From an uncultured Eubacteriales bacterium (GTDB lineage Bacteria > Bacillota > Clostridia > Lachnospirales > Lachnospiraceae), in NCBI GenBank assembly GCA_900545225.1, contig UQXZ01000005.1, positions 22,313 to 86,312 on the forward strand: 64,000 bases of DNA. The letters run 5' to 3'. Positions 10,697 through 20,511 of the stretch are shown in pieces. The position numbers and the translations under genes were made by a program. The notes under the pieces are model-generated. The model worked only from the letters and a program-made list of their open reading frames with translations, searched no databases and was not told where the DNA came from. Positions within the stretch are counted from its first letter, which is position 1; the number at the start of each line of letters is the position of its first letter.

Positions 10697-11116
10697 ATGC
10701 GATTGATGGGCTTAGATTACGGTAATGTACATGTTGGTGTGGCGCTTTCAGACGAACTTGGTATGACTGCGTACCCTTTAGAAGTTATTAAGCGTAAAGA
10801 TTCTAATAAGCTCCGTAAAACATTTGCAAGAATAGAAGAAATTGCCAGAGAATACAAGGTAGACAAGATTATTATCGGTCTACCTCTTAATATGGACGAT
10901 TCAGAAAGTGAAATATCTAAAACTGTTATAGATTTTTCAGAAAACATTAAGCGTAGAACTGGACTCCCGGTTGAGTTATGGGACGAAAGACTCTCAACTT
11001 TAGAAGCAACTGACATATTAAAAGAAGCGGGCATTAAAGTACAGGATAGAAAGACTTATATAGATAAGATAGCTGCCTCATTTATACTGAGAAGATACAT
11101 GGAAGATAATGCATAA
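10697..11116 (+). CDS. ruvX: YqgF/RuvX putative pre-16S rRNA nuclease / Holliday junction resolvase-like protein
   Basis: N-terminal MGLDYGNVHVGVALSD and DERLST motifs typical of YqgF. Confidence 0.85.
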   Translation: MRLMGLDYGNVHVGVALSDELGMTAYPLEVIKRKDSNKLRKTFARIEEIAREYKVDKIIIGLPLNMDDSESEISKTVIDFSENIKRRTGLPVELWDERLSTLEATDILKEAGIKVQDRKTYIDKIAASFILRRYMEDNA

Positions 11117-11466
11117 TTCATGTATGTGTTTTTAATAAGCAGATTTATTTTTTAATCTGACAAGGTATAGGATGTATTTATGCATAGATTATCTATGTAT
11201 TTATTTTTGTGTCTTATAAAATGATGTCATTTATATTGCAAATCAGTATTTAAAATATTCATATTTAAAAAGTTAAATTGTTTATTTAATTTTTGAATAT
11301 GAGTATTTAAAATACATATAATATAAGTTTTGAATAATACATATATTAACGATATCAGTATTGGATGCTGTTCAATACTGATTTTGTAAATATAAGCATT
11401 ATTCAAAACAAAGCTTCATATACAGTAAAACAATAAGAAATATATTTATAAAAAAAGGAGAACATT

Positions 11467-11775
11467 ATGGAAAACATTAACAATGAAGAAGAAAGAGTTA
11501 TTGAACAGGTAGAATTCGAAACAGAAGATGGTCAGAAGATCCTCATGAGCGTTATCGAAGAGACAACTATTGCAGGTGTTGATTACATCCTTGTATCATC
11601 AGATTTCGACGATGAATCAGAAGAAGGCGAAATTGAAGTATTACCTCTTAAGCTCATCAAGGAAGAAGGCGAAATCGCTTCATACGAGACAATTGAAGAT
11701 GAAGAAGAACTTGCAGCAGTTAGTGAAGTATTTGCTAAGCTTTTATCAGAAGACGATATCGAACTTGATTATTAA
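11467..11775 (+). CDS. DUF1292-family acidic protein
   Basis: 102-aa, very acidic. Conserved position after ireB-ruvX in Firmicutes. SD AAAGGAG. Confidence 0.6.
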   Translation: MENINNEEERVIEQVEFETEDGQKILMSVIEETTIAGVDYILVSSDFDDESEEGEIEVLPLKLIKEEGEIASYETIEDEEELAAVSEVFAKLLSEDDIELDY

Positions 11776-11813
11776 TTGAGGAGGGATGTTACATCCTTTA
11801 AAGAGGAAATGAA

Positions 11814-13844
11814 ATGGATGAAGAAGTACATTTAAGAGAAGGGGCTTTATCAAAAGTTCCTTTCAATGAAAATAGTAAAAACTTAAATAAAGATGTAAAG
11901 AAGAATTGGAAGCAGAGAAATAACAGAAAGAAATTCTATAACAACAAGAAAAATGATGCTATTGAATCAACTGTTATGAAGAGTTCTGAAAACAAGAAGA
12001 ATCAAAGAAGAGACTATAGAGATTTTTCTGATAAGAAGCCTGCAAACAGAAATGTTCAGAATGGTAATTATTCTAATAGAGTTACATTTGACAGAAATAA
12101 GAGATCAAAAGATACTTACAAGGTTGATAAGGCAAATGTACCTGAAGTTACAATGACAAAGACTCACAATATTACAGATGCCAACGGCAAACCAACACTT
12201 AAGATTATTCCTCTTGGTGGTCTTGAGCAGATTGGTATGAACATTACAGCATTTGAATATGGCGACAGTATTATCGTTGTTGACTGTGGTCTTGCATTCC
12301 CTGAAGAAGATATGCTTGGAATTGACCTTGTTATTCCTGATGTAACATATCTTAAGAATAATATTCATAAGCTTAAGGGCTTTGTATTTACTCATGGTCA
12401 TGAAGATCATATCGGAGCTGTTCCATATGTATTAAAGCAGGTAAATGCTCCTCTTTATGCTACAAGACTTACAATCGGTCTTATAGAGTCAAAGCTTTCA
12501 GAACACAACATGTTACGTGATGTAACAAGAAATGTTGTACAGTACGGTGACGTTGTGGAACTTGGTGATTTCAAGGTTGAATTCATCAGAACAAACCACA
12601 GTATTACAGATGCCTGTGCATTAGCAATTACATCACCTGTTGGTACTGTAATTCACACAGGTGACTTTAAGGTTGACTACACACCTGTATACGGCGATCC
12701 AATCGATCTCCAGAGACTTGGTGAGCTTGGAAGACAGGGCGTATTAGCTCTTATGTGTGATTCAACAAATGCTCTCAGACCTGGATTTACAATGTCTGAG
12801 AAAACAGTTGGCGAAACTCTTGATAAGATTTTCAATGATAATAAGAACAGAAGACTTATTGTTGCGACATTTGCATCAAATGTAGACCGTGTTCAGCAGA
12901 TTATTAACATTGCAGCTAAGTATGGCAGAAAGGTATGCGTTGAAGGACGCTCCATGACTAACATCATCAGAGTTGCCAGCGAAATGGGATATCTGGATGT
13001 TCCTAAGGGAATATTAATTGAAACAGATGAGATGAAGCGTTATGAGGATGAGCAGATTGTTCTTATTACAACAGGTTCTCAGGGTGAATCAATGGCTGCT
13101 CTTTCAAGAATGGCTTCAAATATTCATAAGAAGGTTCAGATTCAGGCAGGCGACTGTATTGTATTCTCATCATCTCCAATCCCTGGAAATGAGAAGTCTG
13201 TAGCCAGAGTAATTAATGATCTTTCAAGAAAGGGTGCAAAGGTTATCTTCCAGGATACTCACGTATCAGGACACGCATGTCAGGAAGAAATCAAGCTTAT
13301 GTACTCACTTGTTAAGCCTAAGTTCTCATTCCCTGTACATGGTGAATTCAGACATCTAATCGGACAGAAGGAAGTTGCGCAGAGCTTAGGATATGATGAC
13401 GATCATGTAATCATCGTTACATCAGGTACTGTAGTTTCATTATCAGAAGATAAGTATGAAATCGCAGGCCATGTTGAAACAGGTACAATCCTTGTTGACG
13501 GACTTGGTGTAGGTGATGTTGGTAATATCGTTCTCCGTGACAGACAGAATCTTGCTACAAATGGTATCGTAATCGTAGTTATTACACTTGAGAAATACAG
13601 CTGTAATGTAATTGCGGGACCTGACATTGTAACAAGAGGTTTCGTATATGTCCGTGAAGCTGAAGATTTACTTAACGAAGCGAGAGAAGTAGTATCTGAT
13701 TCAGTAGAGCACTGTGCATCATCAAAGATTACTGACTGGAGTAAGATCAAGACAGTAGTTAAGGATGACTTAAGTGACTACTTCTGGAAGAAGATGAAGA
13801 GAACACCTGTTATACTTCCTATTATCATGGAAGCACACATGTGA
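11814..13844 (+). CDS. rnj: ribonuclease J with a basic N-terminal extension of about 120 aa
   Basis: Metallo-beta-lactamase motif HGHEDHIG, beta-CASP region, and the typical start LKIIPLGGLEQIGMN at about residue 128. Confidence 0.85.
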   Translation: MDEEVHLREGALSKVPFNENSKNLNKDVKKNWKQRNNRKKFYNNKKNDAIESTVMKSSENKKNQRRDYRDFSDKKPANRNVQNGNYSNRVTFDRNKRSKDTYKVDKANVPEVTMTKTHNITDANGKPTLKIIPLGGLEQIGMNITAFEYGDSIIVVDCGLAFPEEDMLGIDLVIPDVTYLKNNIHKLKGFVFTHGHEDHIGAVPYVLKQVNAPLYATRLTIGLIESKLSEHNMLRDVTRNVVQYGDVVELGDFKVEFIRTNHSITDACALAITSPVGTVIHTGDFKVDYTPVYGDPIDLQRLGELGRQGVLALMCDSTNALRPGFTMSEKTVGETLDKIFNDNKNRRLIVATFASNVDRVQQIINIAAKYGRKVCVEGRSMTNIIRVASEMGYLDVPKGILIETDEMKRYEDEQIVLITTGSQGESMAALSRMASNIHKKVQIQAGDCIVFSSSPIPGNEKSVARVINDLSRKGAKVIFQDTHVSGHACQEEIKLMYSLVKPKFSFPVHGEFRHLIGQKEVAQSLGYDDDHVIIVTSGTVVSLSEDKYEIAGHVETGTILVDGLGVGDVGNIVLRDRQNLATNGIVIVVITLEKYSCNVIAGPDIVTRGFVYVREAEDLLNEAREVVSDSVEHCASSKITDWSKIKTVVKDDLSDYFWKKMKRTPVILPIIMEAHM

Positions 13845-13854
13845 TATATCATTA

Positions 13855-13896
13855 AAAAGACTATGTTTTCTGTAAAGGGACATAGTCTTTTTGTTT
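13855..13896 (+). terminator. rho-independent terminator after rnj
   Basis: Stem AGACTATGT/ACATAGTCT followed by TTTTTGTTT. Confidence 0.75.
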
Positions 13897-13967
13897 GAGA
13901 AATGATACTATCCGCAAATTGTGTTATTATATCAAGGACATTTCATTTGGTATGAAAAAGAGGAATT

Positions 13968-14615
13968 ATGATAACAGATGATAGAATAACAAGCTTTATT
14001 AAGTCGTTTATGACAGACAATACAGCTGAGATAAAGGATATAGAAACAAAGGCAAGGGAAGAGGGCGTTCCAATTATCCGAAAGGAAGCGGAAAGCTTTC
14101 TGCAGACCATGGTGGCAATGAACAGACCGGAGAACATTCTTGAGATAGGTTCTGCGGTAGGTTATTCCGGAATCCTTATGGCTACTGCTTATGTAGGGGC
14201 TCATATTACAACAATTGAACTGGATAGTGCACGTGCTGCCGAGGCAAGAGGTAATTTCGAAAAGCTGAGCCTTTCTGACAGAATAGATCTTATAGAGGGG
14301 GACGCAGCCGTTGTGCTTGAGGATCTTGCCAGAGAAAACAGGAAATTTGATTTTGTCTTTATGGATGCTGCAAAGGGGCAGTATATGTCATATTGGGGAA
14401 ATGTAATAAAAATGCTTCACAGTGGAAGTGTTATCCTAACTGACAACTGTCTCCAGGAGGGGTCAATAATTCACTCCAGAAGTTTAATTACCCAGAGAGA
14501 CAGAACCATTTATGACAGAATGAGAGAATTTTTATATAGCATAACCCATACTGAAGGAATAAGAACAAGTATGGTTCCTATCGGGGACGGTATGGCAGTA
14601 TCGGTAATTGAGTAA
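13968..14615 (+). CDS. class I SAM-dependent O-methyltransferase (YrrM/TrmR-like)
   Basis: SAM motif ILEIGSAVGYS, acidic FMDAAK. Sits next to a U32 gene, as in the B. subtilis yrrMNO locus. Confidence 0.7.
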   Translation: MITDDRITSFIKSFMTDNTAEIKDIETKAREEGVPIIRKEAESFLQTMVAMNRPENILEIGSAVGYSGILMATAYVGAHITTIELDSARAAEARGNFEKLSLSDRIDLIEGDAAVVLEDLARENRKFDFVFMDAAKGQYMSYWGNVIKMLHSGSVILTDNCLQEGSIIHSRSLITQRDRTIYDRMREFLYSITHTEGIRTSMVPIGDGMAVSVIE

Positions 14616-14744
14616 AGTTACGATAAAAACAGTAATAAAATTAAACAATAATCGATTCAGATGGTGATTTGAGAAAATATAATTTGTAATACAGTTAAAC
14701 TGCAATAAAAATAGTAAAAGAATACTACATTAACAGAGGGAAAT

Positions 14745-15986
14745 ATGGAACACAGTAAGAGACTTAAGCCGGAGGTACTTGCACCGGCAGGTAACTTAGA
14801 CATTTTAAAAATAGCTATAACATACGGTGCGGATGCCGTATATATTGGTGGTGAAGCTTACGGGCTCAGAGCCGCTGCCCACAATTTTACAAATGAAGAA
14901 ATCGTAGAGGGGATTAAGTATGCCCATGAAAGAGGAAAGAAGGTATATGTAACAGCCAATATCCTCGCTCACAACGAAGACCTTGATGGTGTCAGAGAAT
15001 ACTTTAAGGAGCTAGATGTTATTAAGCCTGATGCCGTAATCATTTCTGATCCTGGTGTATTTGCCATTGCAAAGGAACTTCTTCACGATATTGAACTTCA
15101 TATCAGTACACAGGCTAATAATATCAATTATGGAACGTTTAATTTCTGGCACTCACTTGGAGCAAGCAGAGTTGTGACAGGAAGAGAGCTTTCCATGGAT
15201 GAAATTGCTGAAATCAGAAAGAATATTCCGGACGATCTTGAAATTGAGACATTTGTACATGGTGCCATGTGTATGTCATATTCAGGCAGATGCCTTTTAA
15301 GTAACTATATGACAGACAGAGATGCCAACAGAGGAGCATGTACACATCCATGCCGCTGGAGATACAGCCTTGTTGAAGAGAACAGACCAGGGGAATATTT
15401 ACCTGTGTTTGAAAATGAGCGTGGAACATTTATATTTAACTCAAAGGATCTCTGCATGATCGATTACATTCCTGAGCTTGTAAATGCAGGAATCGACAGC
15501 TTCAAGATCGAGGGAAGAATGAAGACAGCCCTCTATGTTGCCACAACAGTAAGAGCATACCGTATGGCAATTGATGACTATTTTGAAGATGAAAATAAAT
15601 ACAGAGAGAGACGTGAGTTCTACAACAGAGAGGTTAACTCAGCTTCAAGAAGAAAATACACAACAGGATTTTTCTTTAATAAGGCAGATGAGACGTCTAT
15701 GTTTTACGAATCAGAGCGTTCAGCACCGGATACATATCTCGGTACTGTTGAGAGAATTGATGAAGAAGGACGCGTTGTGTTAGAGCAGAAAAATAAATTC
15801 TGTGTTGGAGATGTCTTAGAGGTTGTTAAGCCAAGTGGTGAAAATGTTCCTATTAAGGTTTTATCAATCACTGATGATGAAGGCAACAGCATGGAATCAT
15901 GCCCACATCCAAAGCAGATTCTCCATGTGGAATTTGACAGTGAGCTTTCAGAGCTAGATATTATCAGAAATCATGTAAGCAGATAA
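14745..15986 (+). CDS. U32-family peptidase-like protein (YrrO/TrhP-like)
   Basis: N-terminal PEVLAPAGN...AIxYGADAVYIGG and the E..HGAMC.SYSGRCLLS U32 signature. Confidence 0.8.
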   Translation: MEHSKRLKPEVLAPAGNLDILKIAITYGADAVYIGGEAYGLRAAAHNFTNEEIVEGIKYAHERGKKVYVTANILAHNEDLDGVREYFKELDVIKPDAVIISDPGVFAIAKELLHDIELHISTQANNINYGTFNFWHSLGASRVVTGRELSMDEIAEIRKNIPDDLEIETFVHGAMCMSYSGRCLLSNYMTDRDANRGACTHPCRWRYSLVEENRPGEYLPVFENERGTFIFNSKDLCMIDYIPELVNAGIDSFKIEGRMKTALYVATTVRAYRMAIDDYFEDENKYRERREFYNREVNSASRRKYTTGFFFNKADETSMFYESERSAPDTYLGTVERIDEEGRVVLEQKNKFCVGDVLEVVKPSGENVPIKVLSITDDEGNSMESCPHPKQILHVEFDSELSELDIIRNHVSR

Positions 15987-16065
15987 TAAACAGACGGTTT
16001 GGAGATAATATACAAACAACACACAGATAATTCACAGACCGCACATACAAATAAATTACAGATAC

Positions 16066-16113
16066 TAAAAACAGTTTAAATGTTAATTCAGTTTAACTTT
16101 AAACTGTTTTTTA
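16066..16113 (+). terminator. rho-independent terminator after the U32 gene
   Basis: AAAAACAGTTTAAA/TTTAAACTGTTTTT hairpin followed by a T-run. Confidence 0.7.
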
Positions 16114-16257
16114 GTTTGTAAATTCTCTATTAAATATATGCCGCCAAGGTACATATTTAGCTAAAAATGTTATAATGTGTAGAAAATTAGAATTTAATAA
16201 AAAGTATATATAGCAAATTATTTTGTAAGAATTCTTATGAAATTTCGGAGGTATATA

Positions 16258-18081
16258 ATGCCTAAAATAATACAAAAAGAAATTATATCGGAAAGATTAC
16301 ATAAGCTCCGTGAAAAGATGAAACCTGAAAATATAGATATGGTTATATTGTCTAACACGGACTATCACAATTCAGAATATTCAAGTGAATATTTCAAGGA
16401 CAGAGAATATTTCTCAGGATTTACAGGATCTGCAGGAACACTGTTAGTTACAAATGACAGTGCATACCTCTTTACTGACGGCAGATATTTCGTTCAGGCT
16501 GAATTACAGCTTAAAAATGGCGAAGTAAAGCTTATGAAGAGCGGTACAAAGGATGTTCCTACGATTATTGAATTTGTATCACAGTGTGCTTCTGCAGCGG
16601 ATCACATTTACAGAGTCGCATTTGACGGAAGAACAGTAAGTGCTTCATTTGGTGAAAGACTCAGCAAGATAAAAAATGTTGAAATAGAAGATACATTTTA
16701 TGCCGGGGACTATATCTGGCAGTCAAGGGAAGATCAGGGATTTAATGAGATTTACCCATTGGATGTTAAATATACAGGTGAAGATACTGAAAGTAAGTTA
16801 AATCGTATAAGAAAGGCTATGGCTGATAAGGGTACAGGTATCCATATCGTTACAAGCCTTGATGATATAGCATGGATTCTTAACTGCAGAGGAAAGGATA
16901 TTGTATATACACCGTTATTCTTTTCATATTTGATAATTACTGATAAGAAATGTACCGCATATGTAAATATGGCTTCCATTACAGATGAGGCAAAAATCAG
17001 CTTATCAGGTACAGTTGAATTTAAGGAATATGGCAGTTTTTATAACGAGATAAAAACTGAAATTTCTTCAAATGACACTGTTCTTGTGGATAAGAATAAG
17101 ATTAATTATTCGATTCTTAAGATTCTTTCAGATTCAGGCTGTAATATCATTTACAAAATGAATCCTTCAACGGAATTTAAAGCAATTAAAAATGATACTG
17201 AGATAGAAAATCTTAAAAAGATTCACATTGAAGACGGTGTCTGCGTTGCAAAATTAATGTTTTACATTAAAAGATCAGCTAAGAAAAATGAGACTGTTAC
17301 TGAGCTGGATGCAGTTCACTACATTGATAAGCTCCGTTCAGAGATTTCAGACTATGTTGAATTAAGCTTTCCGACTATAAGTGCAGCGGGTGCAAATGCC
17401 GCTCAGATGCACTATGCAGCGGATGAGGAAAATCAGAGCACTTTAAATAAGGGTGAAATGCTTTTAGTAGATTCCGGCGGACATTATTTACGTGGAACTA
17501 CTGATATTACAAGAACATTTGCATATGGTGAATGTGATGAGGAAATGAAGCAGCATTTTACACTTGTATTAAAGGGTATGCTTGCTCTTTCTGATGCAGT
17601 ATTCTTAAAGGGATGTTCAGGTTATTCGCTTGATATTCTTGCAAGAGCACCTATGTGGAAAGAGGGGCTTGATTACCGCTGTGGAACAGGTCACGGCGTG
17701 GGCTATATGACAAATGTTCATGAAGGGCCTAATGCATTCCGTTGGAGATATATACCAAATGTGAGTGAATACACGGAAATATTACCTGGCATGGTTACAA
17801 CTGACGAGCCGGGAGTATATCTGGACGGAGAATACGGTATCAGAATTGAAAATGAACTGCTATGTGTTAACAGAGAGAGCAATGAATATGGTGATTTTCT
17901 TGAGTTTGAAACTCTTACCCACGCACCGATTGATGTAGATCTCATTGATACTGAAATTCTCACTGACAGGGAAAAAGAATTAATAAATAATTATCACAAT
18001 GACGTATTCAGGGAATTAGCTCCATATATGGACGGTGATGATTTAAATATGTTAAAAAAATATACAAAAACTATTGTATAA
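16258..18081 (+). CDS. M24-family Xaa-Pro aminopeptidase (aminopeptidase P-like)
   Basis: Creatinase-like N-domains plus the M24 metal-ligand pattern (VDSGG, DITRT, GHGVG, TDEPG, IRIEN). Start moved to ATG 16258, behind SD GGAGG. Confidence 0.8.
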   Translation: MPKIIQKEIISERLHKLREKMKPENIDMVILSNTDYHNSEYSSEYFKDREYFSGFTGSAGTLLVTNDSAYLFTDGRYFVQAELQLKNGEVKLMKSGTKDVPTIIEFVSQCASAADHIYRVAFDGRTVSASFGERLSKIKNVEIEDTFYAGDYIWQSREDQGFNEIYPLDVKYTGEDTESKLNRIRKAMADKGTGIHIVTSLDDIAWILNCRGKDIVYTPLFFSYLIITDKKCTAYVNMASITDEAKISLSGTVEFKEYGSFYNEIKTEISSNDTVLVDKNKINYSILKILSDSGCNIIYKMNPSTEFKAIKNDTEIENLKKIHIEDGVCVAKLMFYIKRSAKKNETVTELDAVHYIDKLRSEISDYVELSFPTISAAGANAAQMHYAADEENQSTLNKGEMLLVDSGGHYLRGTTDITRTFAYGECDEEMKQHFTLVLKGMLALSDAVFLKGCSGYSLDILARAPMWKEGLDYRCGTGHGVGYMTNVHEGPNAFRWRYIPNVSEYTEILPGMVTTDEPGVYLDGEYGIRIENELLCVNRESNEYGDFLEFETLTHAPIDVDLIDTEILTDREKELINNYHNDVFRELAPYMDGDDLNMLKKYTKTIV

Positions 18082-18268
18082 ATCCGATTTAAGATTTATA
18101 ACACATACATTGGTTTTATATTAATGAAATGAAAGATATTAATGTAATTAACAAAATTAATATGATTAATATCATTAATATCTCAATTGCATTGATAAAA
18201 TTTAAAGAATTAATACTCAAATATATAGAAAGGGAAATGATATCATTTGCATATCATTCTAAAAGAAA

Positions 18269-19438
18269 ATGAATTACGTATGGAATTTACCTACAAAGGT
18301 TTTATTTGGTGAAGGAATGCTCAACGAGCTTCATAATGAAGAAATGCCGGGTAAGAAGGCAATGATCGTTATTTCTAACGGTAAGTCCATGAAAAACAAC
18401 GGATGGATTGACGAAGTAATTGACGAGCTTGAGCAGGCAGGTGTAGAGAGTGTAGTATTTGACAAAATCGGACAAAACCCTACAGAGCCTGACATTATGG
18501 ACGGTGTAATCTTCGCAAGAGAAAATGAAGTTGATTTCATCGTAGGTCTTGGTGGTGGTTCTGTTTTAGATGCCACAACTATTATTGCAGCCGTTGTACC
18601 TCAGAAGGACGGCGGAAGAGTGTGGGATTACGTAAATGGCGGTACAGGCGGTGGCAGACCATTAGAGGAGAAGTCACTTCCATATATCGAGATTACAACA
18701 ACAGCCGGTACAGGCTCAGAAGTAGACAGATGGGGTGTTGTTACAAATCCTGAGACACATGAGAAGATTGGTTTCCAGGGAGATTTCGCATTTCTTGCAA
18801 TCGTAGATGCAAGATTAATGCTTACAGTACCACCTGAATATACTGCATATCAGGGATTCGATGCACTTTTCCACAGTATTGAGGGATACATTTCAACAGC
18901 AAGAACAGCTCCTGCTCAGATGGTAGAAATTGCTGCAATCGGTAACATTGCACAGTATCTTCCTATTGCAGTTAAGGACGGAGACAATCTTGATGCAAGA
19001 GAAAAGGTTGCATTTGCCAATACAATGAGCGGATACTCAATGGAATTAGGTTCATGTACAAGTGAACATTCTCTTGAGCATGCCCTCAGTGGAAATCATC
19101 CTGATCTTCCACACGGTGCAGGTCTTATCATGATCAGTCTTGCATACTTCAAGCATTTTATTGATAAGCATGTATGTGACGAGAAATTTATGGAAATGGC
19201 CATTGCACTTGGTGCTAAGCAGATAAAAGGACCTTATGATTTCCTTCAGGCATTAGAGCGTCTTATGAGAGAGTGTGGCGTAGCTGACTTAAAGATGAGC
19301 GATTATGGAATTTCACCTTCTGAATTCCCGCGTCTTGTAAAGGAAGCAAGAGAAACAATGGGTGGATTATTTGAGTTTGATCCTGAACCTTTAACAGATG
19401 AAGAGGTGGAAGCTATTTATCTTGCTTCATACAGATAA
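18269..19438 (+). CDS. iron-containing (group III) alcohol dehydrogenase
   Basis: GLGGGSVLD glycine motif and downstream His-rich metal motifs (HSLEHALSGNHPDLPHGAG). Confidence 0.8.
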   Translation: MNYVWNLPTKVLFGEGMLNELHNEEMPGKKAMIVISNGKSMKNNGWIDEVIDELEQAGVESVVFDKIGQNPTEPDIMDGVIFARENEVDFIVGLGGGSVLDATTIIAAVVPQKDGGRVWDYVNGGTGGGRPLEEKSLPYIEITTTAGTGSEVDRWGVVTNPETHEKIGFQGDFAFLAIVDARLMLTVPPEYTAYQGFDALFHSIEGYISTARTAPAQMVEIAAIGNIAQYLPIAVKDGDNLDAREKVAFANTMSGYSMELGSCTSEHSLEHALSGNHPDLPHGAGLIMISLAYFKHFIDKHVCDEKFMEMAIALGAKQIKGPYDFLQALERLMRECGVADLKMSDYGISPSEFPRLVKEARETMGGLFEFDPEPLTDEEVEAIYLASYR

Positions 19439-19568
19439 TCGCCCTTAAAAAATTAAAAAAATACCGTTAATTAACTACTTTACTATTAGGTAAAATTAAT
19501 ATATGTTAACAACATAGGAACTTAATTAAAATTATTAAATATATAATTATTACAATTAGGGAGATGTT

Positions 19569-20330
19569 ATGAGAAAATTATACATTGACTGCTGTGGTGG
19601 CCTGAGCGGAGATATGCTTGTGGCGGCTTTGATTGATTTAGGCGTAAAGACAAATAAGATCACAGAAGCATTTGATACATTTACAGTTCGAAGTGGTAAG
19701 GAATTATCATACAAAATATCATATGAAGATTATGATGGTGTAAAAGCATGTGAATTTAATGTTATTTGTGACGAAAGTGAAAAGACATTAGAAGCTGCAA
19801 CAGGCAATGCACATACACGTAGTCTTGAAGAAGTTCATGAAATGTTAGATATGTTCGACATGAGTGGCTATGCAAAGACTATTGCAAGAAGAATCTATAA
19901 CATTATTGCAGGAAGTGAAGCTACTGTATATTCAATGAACCCTGGCGATATTAAGTTATTTGAGGATGGTTCACTTCAGACAATAGCCTGTATCGCAGCA
20001 TTTGCAATCTGCTTTGACACTCTTGAAGCACATGAAGTTATTGTGCCAAGAATTGTAGAAGGCAGCGGCGAAGTAATGACACATCAGGGTGAGAGAGTTG
20101 TTCCTGCACCATTGATCAGTCAGATTGCAGGATTCTATAATCTTCCTATCGAAAAGACAGGTACTGAGGGTGAGCTTATTACATCTGTAGGTGCATCAAT
20201 GATGGCAGCTGTTATTACAGATACAAAGCCAATCGATCCTGAAGAAGTTAAGGATGCTAAGAAGAGTATTGGTTTAGGTCAGTGCCACCTTGAGAAGCCT
20301 GCCCTTATCAAAGCTTATTTCGTAGAGTAA
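19569..20330 (+). CDS. LarC N-terminal-domain-like (DUF111) protein, truncated/degenerate
   Basis: N-terminus MRKLYIDCCGGLSGDMLVAALIDLGV matches the LarC/DUF111 start. Only 253 aa, and the HFHEVGA-type position reads KLFEDGS. Confidence 0.55.
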   Translation: MRKLYIDCCGGLSGDMLVAALIDLGVKTNKITEAFDTFTVRSGKELSYKISYEDYDGVKACEFNVICDESEKTLEAATGNAHTRSLEEVHEMLDMFDMSGYAKTIARRIYNIIAGSEATVYSMNPGDIKLFEDGSLQTIACIAAFAICFDTLEAHEVIVPRIVEGSGEVMTHQGERVVPAPLISQIAGFYNLPIEKTGTEGELITSVGASMMAAVITDTKPIDPEEVKDAKKSIGLGQCHLEKPALIKAYFVE

Positions 20331-20414
20331 TTACAGATTATATCATTTGTGGAGGTATAACTTCGCATAATGAGTATTCGTGAATGTTTTACGGATAACA
20401 TTCTTATAAAGCGT

Positions 20415-20455
20415 AAAAAAGACTTTGGAGTAATTTCCAAAGTCTTTTTTATTTT
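20415..20455. terminator. bidirectional terminator between convergent genes
   Basis: 10-bp stem AGACTTTGGA/TCCAAAGTCT flanked by an A-run and a T-run. Confidence 0.75.
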
Positions 20456-20511
20456 GAATATAATAATTAAAAATGAATTTTAACAAATGTTTTTAGATTA
20501 TTTTTTAGTTA

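Noticed and set aside
16237-16257. Upstream extensions of track ORFs: pepP-like 16237, corC-like 34341, mecA 37629, U32 40089, folC 52479, J-domain 57304, metG 58136 and rsmA 60983.
   Set aside because: In each case an internal ATG sits at proper distance behind a GGAGG-type SD and matches the expected family N-terminus. The extensions overlap upstream genes or terminators.
20370-20483. 37-codon ORF (MSIRECFTDNILIKRKKDFGVISKVFFILNIIIKNEF) after the LarC-like gene.
   Set aside because: The SD spacing is about 12 nt, and the ORF runs straight through the bidirectional terminator hairpin. It is probably fortuitous.
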